DNA of 64,000 bases from positions 15,535 to 79,534 of the forward strand of contig DATLQW010000184.1 in assembly GCA_035535035.1 (NCBI GenBank), written 5' to 3'. A program made the translations under genes and the position numbers. This DNA comes from Acetobacteraceae bacterium. GTDB lineage: Bacteria > Pseudomonadota > Alphaproteobacteria > Acetobacterales > Acetobacteraceae. Every line of letters starts with the position of its first letter. Position 1 is the stretch's first letter. A model generated the notes under the pieces. It worked only from the letters and a program-made list of their open reading frames with translations, was not told the origin of the DNA and made no database searches. Of this stretch, positions 17,473-26,311 are shown one piece after another.

Positions 17473-18692
17473 TATGCCGCCTCCTTCTGCATGGGCTGCG
17501 ACGCCACCCACTGCGCGACGCGGACCACCTCCGCTCGCGACAAGCCGAGTCGTTCGCCTTCCTGAAACGCGGCGGCCTCGATTTCCTCCTGCGTCGCCCG
17601 ACTGCGGATAAGGCGGAACAGCAGCCCAGCAACGGCCTTCCGCTCGGCTGCTTTCGTTAATCCGAATCGCCGCGCCAGATCGGCGAGGGCCTTCGGGCGG
17701 TTGCCGCCGTAATCGAGGATCGTAACAACGTCGATCACGTCGAGGGCGGTCACGCCGCCGCACCATGAGGGCAAGTTGCCCCCGTGCAACGGGTCGGTGC
17801 CGTTGTGACTGAAGACCCGCTCGATGCCGCCGAAGATTTTGATATCGGCGCCATAGCTGCCGCTGGTGCTGTTCGGGTGCCGGTATTTCGTACCGGCTTT
17901 GTCATACCCATGAGATCGCAGCACGTCGTCCAGGTCGAAGCGGGATCGCAATTTCTCAATCAATGAGTCATCGGGATCGAACCCCGCGGCGATCTTCGCA
18001 TCGCGCCGTGCGGCGGCCTCGGCATGGGCCACGGCGGCTACGCGGTCCGCCTCGGCCTGCCGCTCGGCCAGGATGGCGCCAGCGGCCTCCCGCATCCCGG
18101 CGGCGTTTATGGAGGTACCGGGGATGATCTCGGTGTGGTGGTGATCCTCCCCGCCCTGGGGCCTCGACGGGCAGTAGAACAACGACGCAGCGCCGACCTT
18201 GCTTTGGTCCAGGACGCCACGAAGGCCCAGCAGTTCGGCGACCACCTCCACTGCCGGCAGATCGTGGTCGATCTCCTCCGACAGCGGCAGGATGATGCGG
18301 TAGCGCGGGGCGGCCGGATGATGATTGTGCGAGCTGTAGAGAACGGCTGCCCAACCGGCGGCGGTGATGCGCGCCGCCGCTTCCGTCAACAGCGGGGGAA
18401 TCTCTCCGGTCTTTTTGTTGGTCTCAACGTCCAGCGCGATCGCGGTCCGGGCGGTGAGGTTCCGCTTGAGGCGGCGGACATGCCGGCCGTCCGGTTCCAG
18501 CGTGAACCGGGCCGGAACGAAATTCGGTCCGTCCTTCTGGCCTTCACGGCGCCACGTGAACACGCTCGCGAATTCGCCCCAGGTAGTGCGCTCGGGATCG
18601 CCGAGGGCGGGGCCGGTCGGCAGCGCGGTCGGAAACCACGACACGGTAAGGGGGATGGTTGCGGCGCTTCCCAGCGCGGCGGTCGCGTTCAT
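17472..18692 (-). CDS. primase-like / replication initiation protein
   Basis: Start at MNATAALG (ATGA overlap upstream). Sits directly 5' of the helicase as in P4-type modules. Family not firmly recognised. Confidence 0.5.
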   Translation of the reverse strand: MNATAALGSAATIPLTVSWFPTALPTGPALGDPERTTWGEFASVFTWRREGQKDGPNFVPARFTLEPDGRHVRRLKRNLTARTAIALDVETNKKTGEIPPLLTEAAARITAAGWAAVLYSSHNHHPAAPRYRIILPLSEEIDHDLPAVEVVAELLGLRGVLDQSKVGAASLFYCPSRPQGGEDHHHTEIIPGTSINAAGMREAAGAILAERQAEADRVAAVAHAEAAARRDAKIAAGFDPDDSLIEKLRSRFDLDDVLRSHGYDKAGTKYRHPNSTSGSYGADIKIFGGIERVFSHNGTDPLHGGNLPSWCGGVTALDVIDVVTILDYGGNRPKALADLARRFGLTKAAERKAVAGLLFRLIRSRATQEEIEAAAFQEGERLGLSRAEVVRVAQWVASQPMQKEAA

Positions 18693-19348
18693 GCTCGGTG
18701 CCCTCCGCGTAGCCGAGCGGCGGGCGAAACGATCGGCCGGAAGCCGGACGACGCGGCGCACGCCAGCAGGCCGTGCTTTGCCACGACAAGCTGCGTCCAC
18801 CCGGGGTAGTGCGTCGAAAGGTCCGGCCGCCACCAGATGCCCCACCCTAGGCGGCCAAGCATCTCCGCGTCCTGCCGGCCGGAAGTGGATAATTCATCGT
18901 CCACTACCGCCCCATACGGCATGCCGACAATAACGCAGTTGGCTGGGCTGTCGGGGCCGCGCGTGCCATCCTGACGAAACACCAACGGATGGTCGAACCA
19001 CGTATGACTATTGATCTGGCACATGTATCGCCGCGGGGTCAGGATGCCGGCGGGGAAGGTCGCGTTACGGCGCGACAGGTGCCAGCCGCCGCCGAATAGT
19101 TTCGGCAGCAGTTCTTCGCCATAGGCGGCGACCGCAAGGCGGTCGGCGCGACGCGATGCGTTGGCGGCGCGAATGCGGTCGAGGCGGGTTGTCGCCGAAT
19201 GTTCAAAGGTCATCGCCTCGCTGGAGGCTAGGCACGCGGCTTCGGTGCGGGGGAATTGAGCGCGGCCTTCCTGGCGCGGCTCGCGCTCCCGAACGTTGGT
19301 CCGCAACTCGTCAACGACGGGCGCGGCGATGCACTCTGGGGATTTCAT
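18689..19348 (-). CDS. hypothetical protein
   Basis: 219-aa ORF coupled to the primase-like gene. Confidence 0.5.
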   Translation of the reverse strand: MKSPECIAAPVVDELRTNVREREPRQEGRAQFPRTEAACLASSEAMTFEHSATTRLDRIRAANASRRADRLAVAAYGEELLPKLFGGGWHLSRRNATFPAGILTPRRYMCQINSHTWFDHPLVFRQDGTRGPDSPANCVIVGMPYGAVVDDELSTSGRQDAEMLGRLGWGIWWRPDLSTHYPGWTQLVVAKHGLLACAASSGFRPIVSPAARLRGGHRA

Positions 19349-19470
19349 AATTGCGTCCTGTTGTATGGACGCGGCGCTTGCGATTGCTGGCCGGATCGGC
19401 TAAGTCATCGGTGCCGCCGATGATTTTCCGACCTGACAGCCCCTCGCGCGCTCGCGTCGAGGGGTTTGTC

Positions 19471-19755
19471 TTATGCGGCGTTCTTCCGTGGCCGGCCACG
19501 GCCTCGCTTCTCCGCGTTGCGCTCGGCCACAACGGCCCGCGCCAGGTCGGCGGGTTCGTAGAACCGCCTGCCGAACACGACGATGTATGGTGCCGGGTTG
19601 CGCTGGACCGCGTAATAGAGCGTGCGCTCACAGACGCCCATTGCTTTCGCGGTCGCCTTCAGCGTGACGCGATCGCCAATCATGGCCTTGCGGATTGCGG
19701 CGGTTTCGGGATCGTCAACCGACGGCAGCGCCGTGGTGGAAAGCGGTTCTTTCAT
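19471..19755 (-). CDS. helix-turn-helix DNA-binding protein (AlpA/excisionase-like)
   Basis: 94-aa ORF. The motif ATAKAMGVCERTLYYAVQRN is HTH-like, with a basic C-terminal tail. Confidence 0.55.
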   Translation of the reverse strand: MKEPLSTTALPSVDDPETAAIRKAMIGDRVTLKATAKAMGVCERTLYYAVQRNPAPYIVVFGRRFYEPADLARAVVAERNAEKRGRGRPRKNAA

Positions 19756-19861
19756 CGACCGTCCTGCGGTAAGGGTTGCAGGACATCCGTTGAGTGCCCT
19801 GCTGCGTAGTGCAGGGGCGTTCTTGCATTCTCCACGCTATGCGCGGTCACCCATAGAGCGT

Positions 19862-20506
19862 CTAGTTTTCCAGCGAATGGGTCACTGCTGCCTTAGCGGT
19901 GGAATAGCCGTAGGACAGCGCGTAGCTCGGCATCACGGCTTTGCGCACCGACGCGAGAGTGACGGGATGCCCCGTCGCCGCCTCGGCCAGCACGCGCACA
20001 TGTTCGTGGTTCTTGGCGCCGGACGCCTGCCGCACCGCTTCCCTGAGCCAGCCGATGGCCGCCGATCTTGCGGCATCTTCGTCCGCCCGCCGCGAGCGTT
20101 CTTTCCTCACCCGCGCCGCGCTCAGCCGCATGGAGTATATGGCGTCGCCCACCACCCCGAGCGCGGCGGCGATGACATCCGGCTGGCCAGAGATCGGCAC
20201 GATGCGCGGCGTTAGGGTTTTCGTTAGCGTGTCGAGTGCCGCCGCGGCCTCAGCGGCTTCCCGTTCCGCTTCGGCTGCCCCAGCTACCTCCTGCCAGAGC
20301 GACCGCATCTTGCGCTCGGCAATGATGCAATCAGCGAGCAGGATTTCCCATCGTGTCCCGTCCGGCCGAACGGCGGCGAATGAAATTGCGGCTTCGGAAT
20401 CAGTCAGCCGATTGCATACCGCCATCGCTTCGCGGTCGGCGGGGTTGTCGGCTTGCCAATCGCTTATCGCGCGCTTGAGTCGGCCCTGGGCTTCCTGCCG
20501 GGTCAC
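19862..20506 (-). CDS. hypothetical protein
   Basis: 214-aa ORF, 4-nt overlap with the integrase stop. Confidence 0.5.
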   Translation of the reverse strand: MTRQEAQGRLKRAISDWQADNPADREAMAVCNRLTDSEAAISFAAVRPDGTRWEILLADCIIAERKMRSLWQEVAGAAEAEREAAEAAAALDTLTKTLTPRIVPISGQPDVIAAALGVVGDAIYSMRLSAARVRKERSRRADEDAARSAAIGWLREAVRQASGAKNHEHVRVLAEAATGHPVTLASVRKAVMPSYALSYGYSTAKAAVTHSLEN

Positions 20507-21771
20507 GCCCGCCGGCCTTCGGTGATCTGGACCACCTCGGCCGCCGGCTTTCCTGCACCGGAGATGACAGCGCCGGCCCGTTCGGCGGCTGCGCGCAGCG
20601 GATCGTCCATGAGGTGAGCGTAACGATTCGTGGTTTGCGCTTGACTGTGCCCCAGCAACGCGCCGATCACTGGCAGCGATAACCCAGATGACGCCAAGAT
20701 ACTCGCGTACGTATGCCGCAGATCATGCACGCGCACGCCCGACAGGCCGGCTTTCTTACAAACCGCCACCCAAAAGTGCTTGATATCACCTAGCGATTTC
20801 CCGTTCACGCTTGGGAAGACATACTCAATCCGCGGCAGTCCGTCCCGATCCCGCCGGGCGTTTTCCTGATCGGCCTCCGCCTTCATGCCCGACAACAGTT
20901 GCATGGCCGGCGCGTTCAACGGCACGCGATGCAGCTTCGCGGTTTTCGTCGTGCTGGCCGGCTTTGACCATGTGCCGGTGCCGATGTCGATGTCGGCCCA
21001 TTTGGCGGCCAGGGTCTCGCCCTTCCTCGCGCCGGTCAGCAGCAGCAGCCGGGCCGCGTTGGCACTGGTGCGTTCTGGATGCGTCGCCAGCACGTCGGCA
21101 AGGCGGGCGATCTCGGCCGGCGTGAGGAACCGCTCCCGCTTTTGCTCGGGTGCCCGTTCGATCCCGCGGACGGGGTTGTCTTGCCGCATTTCCCAGTTGA
21201 CCGCGAGGCCCATCATCTTTGCCAGCACGGCCATGCAGCGGTTCGCGCGGTACGGTGCGGTCTCGGCCACCTTGTCGTGCAGCCGCTGCGCGTCGCTATG
21301 CCGCAGCGCGGCCACCTTGATCTGCCCCAACTGCGGCCGGACGTACATACGCAACAATGAAGTGTAATCTCGGGACGTGGCGGGCCGCAGCCGGGGGAGA
21401 TGCTCGGTTGTGAATCGGTCGGCGAGGTCGGCGATGGTCGGCGCTTCCTGCTTGGCCTTCCGCTCGGCCCGCGGGTCGCCGCCCTCATCAATCAGCCGGC
21501 GCAGCTCGGCTGCCGCGGGCCATACCTTTTCCGCCGGCCACGCTTCGACGCTGCCGAGGCTATGCAGCCGCTCGATACCCTCCGCCCGGTAGCGGATAAC
21601 CCAGGCCCGGGCATCCGCGGCCGTCACCCGTACCTGTAGCCCGTCCACCCACGGGCCGGTCAGCCCGCGCTGCCGCAGATCGGTTACGCTGTATCTCTTA
21701 TTCCCGGTGGCCGGCCTGGGCAGCGCGCGCACCAGCCGGTCGATCGCCTTGAAGTTCGGTTTGTCCGCCAT
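20503..21771 (-). CDS. int: tyrosine site-specific integrase (P4-like, N-terminal arm-binding domain)
   Basis: HDLRHTYASILASSGLSLPVIGALLGHSQAQTTNRYAHL contains the catalytic R..H-x-x-R..Y box. Confidence 0.9.
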   Translation of the reverse strand: MADKPNFKAIDRLVRALPRPATGNKRYSVTDLRQRGLTGPWVDGLQVRVTAADARAWVIRYRAEGIERLHSLGSVEAWPAEKVWPAAAELRRLIDEGGDPRAERKAKQEAPTIADLADRFTTEHLPRLRPATSRDYTSLLRMYVRPQLGQIKVAALRHSDAQRLHDKVAETAPYRANRCMAVLAKMMGLAVNWEMRQDNPVRGIERAPEQKRERFLTPAEIARLADVLATHPERTSANAARLLLLTGARKGETLAAKWADIDIGTGTWSKPASTTKTAKLHRVPLNAPAMQLLSGMKAEADQENARRDRDGLPRIEYVFPSVNGKSLGDIKHFWVAVCKKAGLSGVRVHDLRHTYASILASSGLSLPVIGALLGHSQAQTTNRYAHLMDDPLRAAAERAGAVISGAGKPAAEVVQITEGRRA

Positions 21772-21938
21772 CGCACTGATCCCCGTGTCCGCGTGGTGTC
21801 CGCAGACAATATGCGCTGGCGTTCAATCCCATGCAAGGGCTATCAGCAGCCTTCCGCGATTATGGCCGGGTTTCCTCGGTTTTCCGCGGGACCATGCGCG
21901 GACACGGCGGACACGGCGGCGGGGAAAGGGGGATGGGC

Positions 21939-21991
21939 CTGACTCTTAATCAGCGGGCCGTAGGTTCGAGTCCTACTGCGCCCACCAACAG
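21939..21991 (+). repeat. attR core (displaced 3' tRNA-Lys fragment), 53 bp
   Basis: Identical to 6679..6731. No 5' half of a tRNA precedes it. Confidence 0.85.
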
Positions 21992-22206
21992 AACCAGGAA
22001 CGCCCTCAATCGGCCGCCAGAGCGTTTCGCACCCGCTCGCTCGCGGCATCGCCGGCACACCGGATGCCATCGCGCCGGCCGGCATTGGTTCTCCCCTGTG
22101 CGGGCCTCCGGGGCCACTGGCGCCGTGACCCAGGCGGTGGCCAGACATAGTCCAAACCTCGAAGACAGCGATGCGTTGACCCGGCCGAGCGTGGCGCGGG
22201 CGATTG

Positions 22207-22635
22207 TTAAATGGCGACCACCTGCCCCGCGCCCACTGCCTCGAGGAACGTCGCCACGCCGGCGATCTCGACGCCGTCGAGCAATTGTGCGGCGGCCAGG
22301 CCTTCGGCCCGCAGCCCGGCCTCGCAAGCGATCAGCCGCACGCCCATTTCTTGCGACGCCGCACGCAGCTCCGCCAGGCCCGCCACGCCCGCCGCCCGCA
22401 CGCGCCCGTCGCGCGCCGCATCCGCCAGCCCGGACCAATCGGAGAACAGCGCGTGGCAGCCCGCGTTGGTGGCGAACAGCACCACCCGCCGCCCCAACGC
22501 CGCCGCGCCGGAGGCGAGCACGAACGCGTAATGCGCGCGATCGTGCGCGCCGGACAGCAGCAGGATGCCGAGTTGCTCAGACGGCACAGGCCTGGCCCGG
22601 ACCACGATCCGGGGCATGCGCCCCGGCTTCGGCAT
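22207..22635 (-). CDS. DsrE/DsrF-like family protein (alternative GTG start at 22587)
   Basis: LGILLLSGAHDRAHYAFVLASGAAALGRRVVLFATNAG pattern. Overlaps the end of moeB. Confidence 0.55.
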   Translation of the reverse strand: MPKPGRMPRIVVRARPVPSEQLGILLLSGAHDRAHYAFVLASGAAALGRRVVLFATNAGCHALFSDWSGLADAARDGRVRAAGVAGLAELRAASQEMGVRLIACEAGLRAEGLAAAQLLDGVEIAGVATFLEAVGAGQVVAI

Positions 22636-23419
22636 GCGCCGACAGGTCGCGGATCGTCGCCTGCGGTCCGCATAGCGCGCAGTCCGGGTCGCGCGGCAGC
22701 TTCACCGTGCGGAACCGCGTCGCCAGCGCATCCCACACCAGTAGCCGGCCGGCCAGCGAGTCGCCGATGCCCATGATCTCCTTCAGCACCTCGGTCGCCT
22801 GCAACGTGCCGATCACGCCGGTGACGGCGCCCAGGACGCCGGCCTCGCTACAGCTCGGCACCAGGCCGGGCGGCGGCGGCTCCGGATACAGGCAGCGGTA
22901 GCACGGGCCGCCGAGATGCGGGCGGAACACCGAAAGCTGCCCGTCAAAGCGCAGCACCGCACCGGAGACCAGGGTGCGGCGGGCCAGCACGGCGGCGTCC
23001 GCCACCAGGAACCGGGTGGGGAAATTGTCGGTGCCGTCACACACGATGTCGTAGCGGGAGAACAGTTCCATGGCGTTGGCGGCGGTCAGCCGGGTGGCAT
23101 GTGGCTCGATCGTCACGCAGGGATTGATGGCGTGGGCGGCGGCGGCGGCGGATTCGGTCTTCGGCGTGCCGATGCTCGCCATATTGTGCGCGATCTGCCG
23201 CTGCAGGTTGGAGAGCTCCACCAGGTCGTCATCGACGATGCCGATGGTGCCGATGCCGGCCGCGGCGAGATACAGCACCAGCGGCGAGCCCAATCCGCCG
23301 GCGCCGACCACCAGCACGCGCGCCGCTTTCAGCTTCGCCTGGCCGGTGCCGCCGACCTCCCGCAGCAGGATGTGGCGCGAGTAGCGGCGGATTTCGTCTT
23401 CGCTGAAGTCGAGGTCCAT
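22577..23419 (-). CDS. moeB: molybdopterin-synthase adenylyltransferase / ThiF-family E1-like enzyme
   Basis: Start at MDLDFSEDEIRRYSRHILL. VLVVGAGGLGSP nucleotide motif plus CYRC...CALC zinc cysteines. Confidence 0.85.
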   Translation of the reverse strand: MDLDFSEDEIRRYSRHILLREVGGTGQAKLKAARVLVVGAGGLGSPLVLYLAAAGIGTIGIVDDDLVELSNLQRQIAHNMASIGTPKTESAAAAAHAINPCVTIEPHATRLTAANAMELFSRYDIVCDGTDNFPTRFLVADAAVLARRTLVSGAVLRFDGQLSVFRPHLGGPCYRCLYPEPPPPGLVPSCSEAGVLGAVTGVIGTLQATEVLKEIMGIGDSLAGRLLVWDALATRFRTVKLPRDPDCALCGPQATIRDLSAHAEAGAHAPDRGPGQACAV

Positions 23420-23646
23420 GGTGGCAGGATATGGTGTGCCGCTCCGGCCGGCAAACCCGGGTCGGGGGATGTACTGTCGGCCGCGGGGCAACCGGGTGAA
23501 CGGAGCAATGGCCAGGGGCTTTGGCGTCGCGCCGATTGCCCGGCGAGATGAAGGCGCGGCATCCTGCGACAGCGCGGAAGAACGTGGCCGGCGCAAGCGC
23601 CGGGCGATTGGCGGTGATGGCAGATGCAGCGCGCGCGGCAGGCGGC

Positions 23647-23843
23647 GTCTCATGCGCGTCTCGTTTCGTGTGGAAGGAGACGATGCCGCGTGAGGTGAGA
23701 GGCGGGCAACACGGGTGCCGGACCGGCCGCGGGAGTCCGCTGATCGCCGGTGCCTGCCGGCGGCGGCACATGAATGCACCAGAAGTCTCATGGGCGTCTC
23801 GTTTCGCAGGGTGGGAGATCGGGACGCATGGGATGAGAGGTGG
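23647..23843 (+). repeat. two copies of a structured dispersed repeat of about 60 nt (within tandem units of about 140 bp)
   Basis: GTCTCATG-N3-GTCTCGTTTCG-N-GG(A/G)AGA..ATGAGAGG(C/T)GG at 23647-23704 and 23785-23843. Related copies at 59047-59371. Confidence 0.6.
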
Positions 23844-24111
23844 CCGAGCGCGGGCGCCCGACCGGTTGCGGGAACCCACCAACCGCCGGAGCCTGCCGGC
23901 GGCGGCGCATGAATTTGCCACAGGGTGGCGGGCGGCGGAGAACCACAGGAGGCGGGGCGTCATGCGGCGGTGTCGGCTGCGCCGGCCGGAGCGTCGTCCC
24001 GTTGGCCGCTCGATCACTGGGAACGCTCGGGCGCCTTCGGCCGATCTGGCCCTTCGCGGTGGATGCTGGCGATACCGCATCCCGCACGGACCATCGGTAC
24101 GGGGAGCGATT

Positions 24112-24993
24112 TCAGGCTACGGCGGCGACCGGATCGTCGAGGGCGCGCAAGACCGGGCTGGTGCCGGTGACGATGGCGTGCACCAGGTCGTCATCGGGCG
24201 GACCGAAACTGCAATCGGGCGGCAGACCGCCGTGTTGCCGGATCGACCGGGCGCGCTGCGGATAGACGTGCGCGTAGTATTCGGCCTCGGCGGCGAGGTC
24301 GCGGGTGGGTTCGTCGGCCTCTGCCGCGGTGCACGCGCGCTGGCGCCGCGGTGGCGCCGCGACCGGCGCTGGCGCCGACGGGGACGGTGCGGCGACCGGG
24401 ACTTGTGCCGCCGGCGCTAGGGTCGGTTCCGCTGGCGGTTCGCCCGCCGCAGGCATCGCCAGGGGCGCCGCCGGCGGTTCGCCGGACAGTGCCGGGCCGC
24501 TTTGCTCCGCGATCGGGACTTGCGACGGCGGCGCTCGTTCCAGCGCACGCTGCATCAGGCGGGTGGCGATATGCCGCGTCCATTCGTCGCTATTGGCCGC
24601 GCCGCTGCTCTTCTCCCGCTTGTCCCGCGCCGTCTGCACGCGCTGCAACTGGTTGCGGACGGAGACCGCCGTGCGCTCCATCAGGGCGTACTGATTGTTG
24701 AGCTTCATGAGGAGCAGGATGTCGCCGGCATGGCGGCGGGTCAGGCGCAGCACGTCCTCGGCCTGGGCCCTGGCGGCGACGCAGTGGGCGGCGATGTCGG
24801 CCTCGTCGGCGTTGACCGGCGCCAGGGCGGCGACCTTGGCGATGGCGGCGTCGTTGCGGGCGAGCAGGGCGTCCGGCGTGTCGATGAGCGGCGGGGGCAG
24901 CAGAGCGCAGAGGGTGTGGATGAGGTGGTAGTAGGTCTGGGCGAAGAGTTGCTGGGTGGGGTCTGGATCTTGCGGGGTTTGGATGCTGGTCAT
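24112..24993 (-). CDS. hypothetical protein (Pro/Ala-rich centre)
   Basis: 293-aa ORF. A truncated paralogue of its N-terminus lies at 59372..59523. Confidence 0.55.
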   Translation of the reverse strand: MTSIQTPQDPDPTQQLFAQTYYHLIHTLCALLPPPLIDTPDALLARNDAAIAKVAALAPVNADEADIAAHCVAARAQAEDVLRLTRRHAGDILLLMKLNNQYALMERTAVSVRNQLQRVQTARDKREKSSGAANSDEWTRHIATRLMQRALERAPPSQVPIAEQSGPALSGEPPAAPLAMPAAGEPPAEPTLAPAAQVPVAAPSPSAPAPVAAPPRRQRACTAAEADEPTRDLAAEAEYYAHVYPQRARSIRQHGGLPPDCSFGPPDDDLVHAIVTGTSPVLRALDDPVAAVA

Positions 24994-26311
24994 TGGTGGA
25001 TTATAGGTTATTTTGGCTAGGGTTGCAAGGAAAATATTCTGACGGGCGGCAGGCGCCTGGGGGCACGGCTTTGATGCGGCCAGCTATCGTGGCACCGAGG
25101 CTGCACGGATGGCCCGGTCGGGGCCGGCCATGACGGCGGGGGGGGGGGTGGGCTGATGCGATGCCCGACGAGTCACTCGATAGGACCATCGGGTGGTCGG
25201 TGGGTTCACCTGCCGGCCCAAAACGGCGGTCGCCGGATCGTTTGACCTGAACCGCCGCATTCGACCCGAAGCGAACACACGGCGCAGGGCTGTCGCGCCC
25301 TGTGAGGGGTTTCGTACCTCTCGTGATCCGGCAGGATATTTGCGTAAGGAAATTCTCCCCGCGCTATACTGCAAACGCGGTACGGGCTGGAAAACCGGTG
25401 ACCGTCACGGAGATGGCAGGCGGGGATCAGGCGACGTCGGCTTCCGCGAGGGACACAGGATTATGCCACCGCCTACAGTCATCAAGGTTGCCGCCAAAGA
25501 GGTTGCGATGGACCTTCAGCGTCAGGGTGCTGGTCCCGACGAACGGGTGACGCCGACAATCGAGTTGGAACTGATTCCGAGTCGCCGCGAGTGACGCAAG
25601 CTGGTCATCCCCGCGGCCTGACCGACGACGATATCGACAGGCTCACCAAGCAAGCGCAACAGGAAGTCGAGCCGTTGCTGCCTGGGTGAGGGTCGTCGCC
25701 GATACCAAAAAAACTTCTGACGAGGCCGCGACACAGGCCGACGAGGTACGTGGACCTGGGAGCAGTCGCGCGCGGCAGCCGCTCCGGTTGCCCCGGATAA
25801 ACGTCGCCGAATTTGACGATGGCGAACAAACAGCACTGCCTTCGCCGACATTCCCCAGACAGGCTCAGCGGGATGATCTCTGCCCGCGAATTGCAGCCGT
25901 CCCGGCAACGTCACGCTTGCAGACAGATCGAACAATGTCAAACTGCGCGGTCATGGCGTGCTGCCCGGGCGTGCCGCTGGACGAGCGACACAGGGCAATC
26001 GCTGACCCCGGCCGCAACAACGCGCGGGAGCATGGCCATGAATAGACGTGCCTGCGCAACAGGTATTTAACGCGGAAAAGGAACGAAGGGCCTCGGAGAA
26101 GAACAGCGCCGCGCAGGTCCGGTACGAGCCGGCCGATGCAAACCGCCGGTCGCTGCCGTTCAGGCGATTGCCCGGTGACGCGCCATCGGCATTCAACCAG
26201 CGCGCGACCCTGCCGTTTCGTAATCGCATGGACCCGCCTGATATGGGAACGCCCCAACCCTTGCGCACCACCCTGCTGGACAGCGGCGCGGAGGCCGGGC
26301 AGGCGCAGCCG

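Larger units (their letters stand above)
6679..21991. mobile_element. 15.3-kb integrative element (defective prophage / satellite-like) inserted in the 3' half of tRNA-Lys
   Basis: Identical 53-bp direct repeats at both ends. Tyrosine integrase lies next to the right repeat. All internal genes are on the minus strand: int, HTH, primase-like, helicase, TerS/TerL. Confidence 0.8.

Noticed and set aside
25190-26310. Small ORFs (e.g. 25463..25594 MPPPTVIKVAAKEV..., 25865..26257) and possible ncRNA in the 1.3-kb gap
   Set aside because: I recognised no convincing motifs, RBS or coupling, and the frames are short and mutually overlapping. This may be degraded sequence. I could not fold it into a known RNA by eye.
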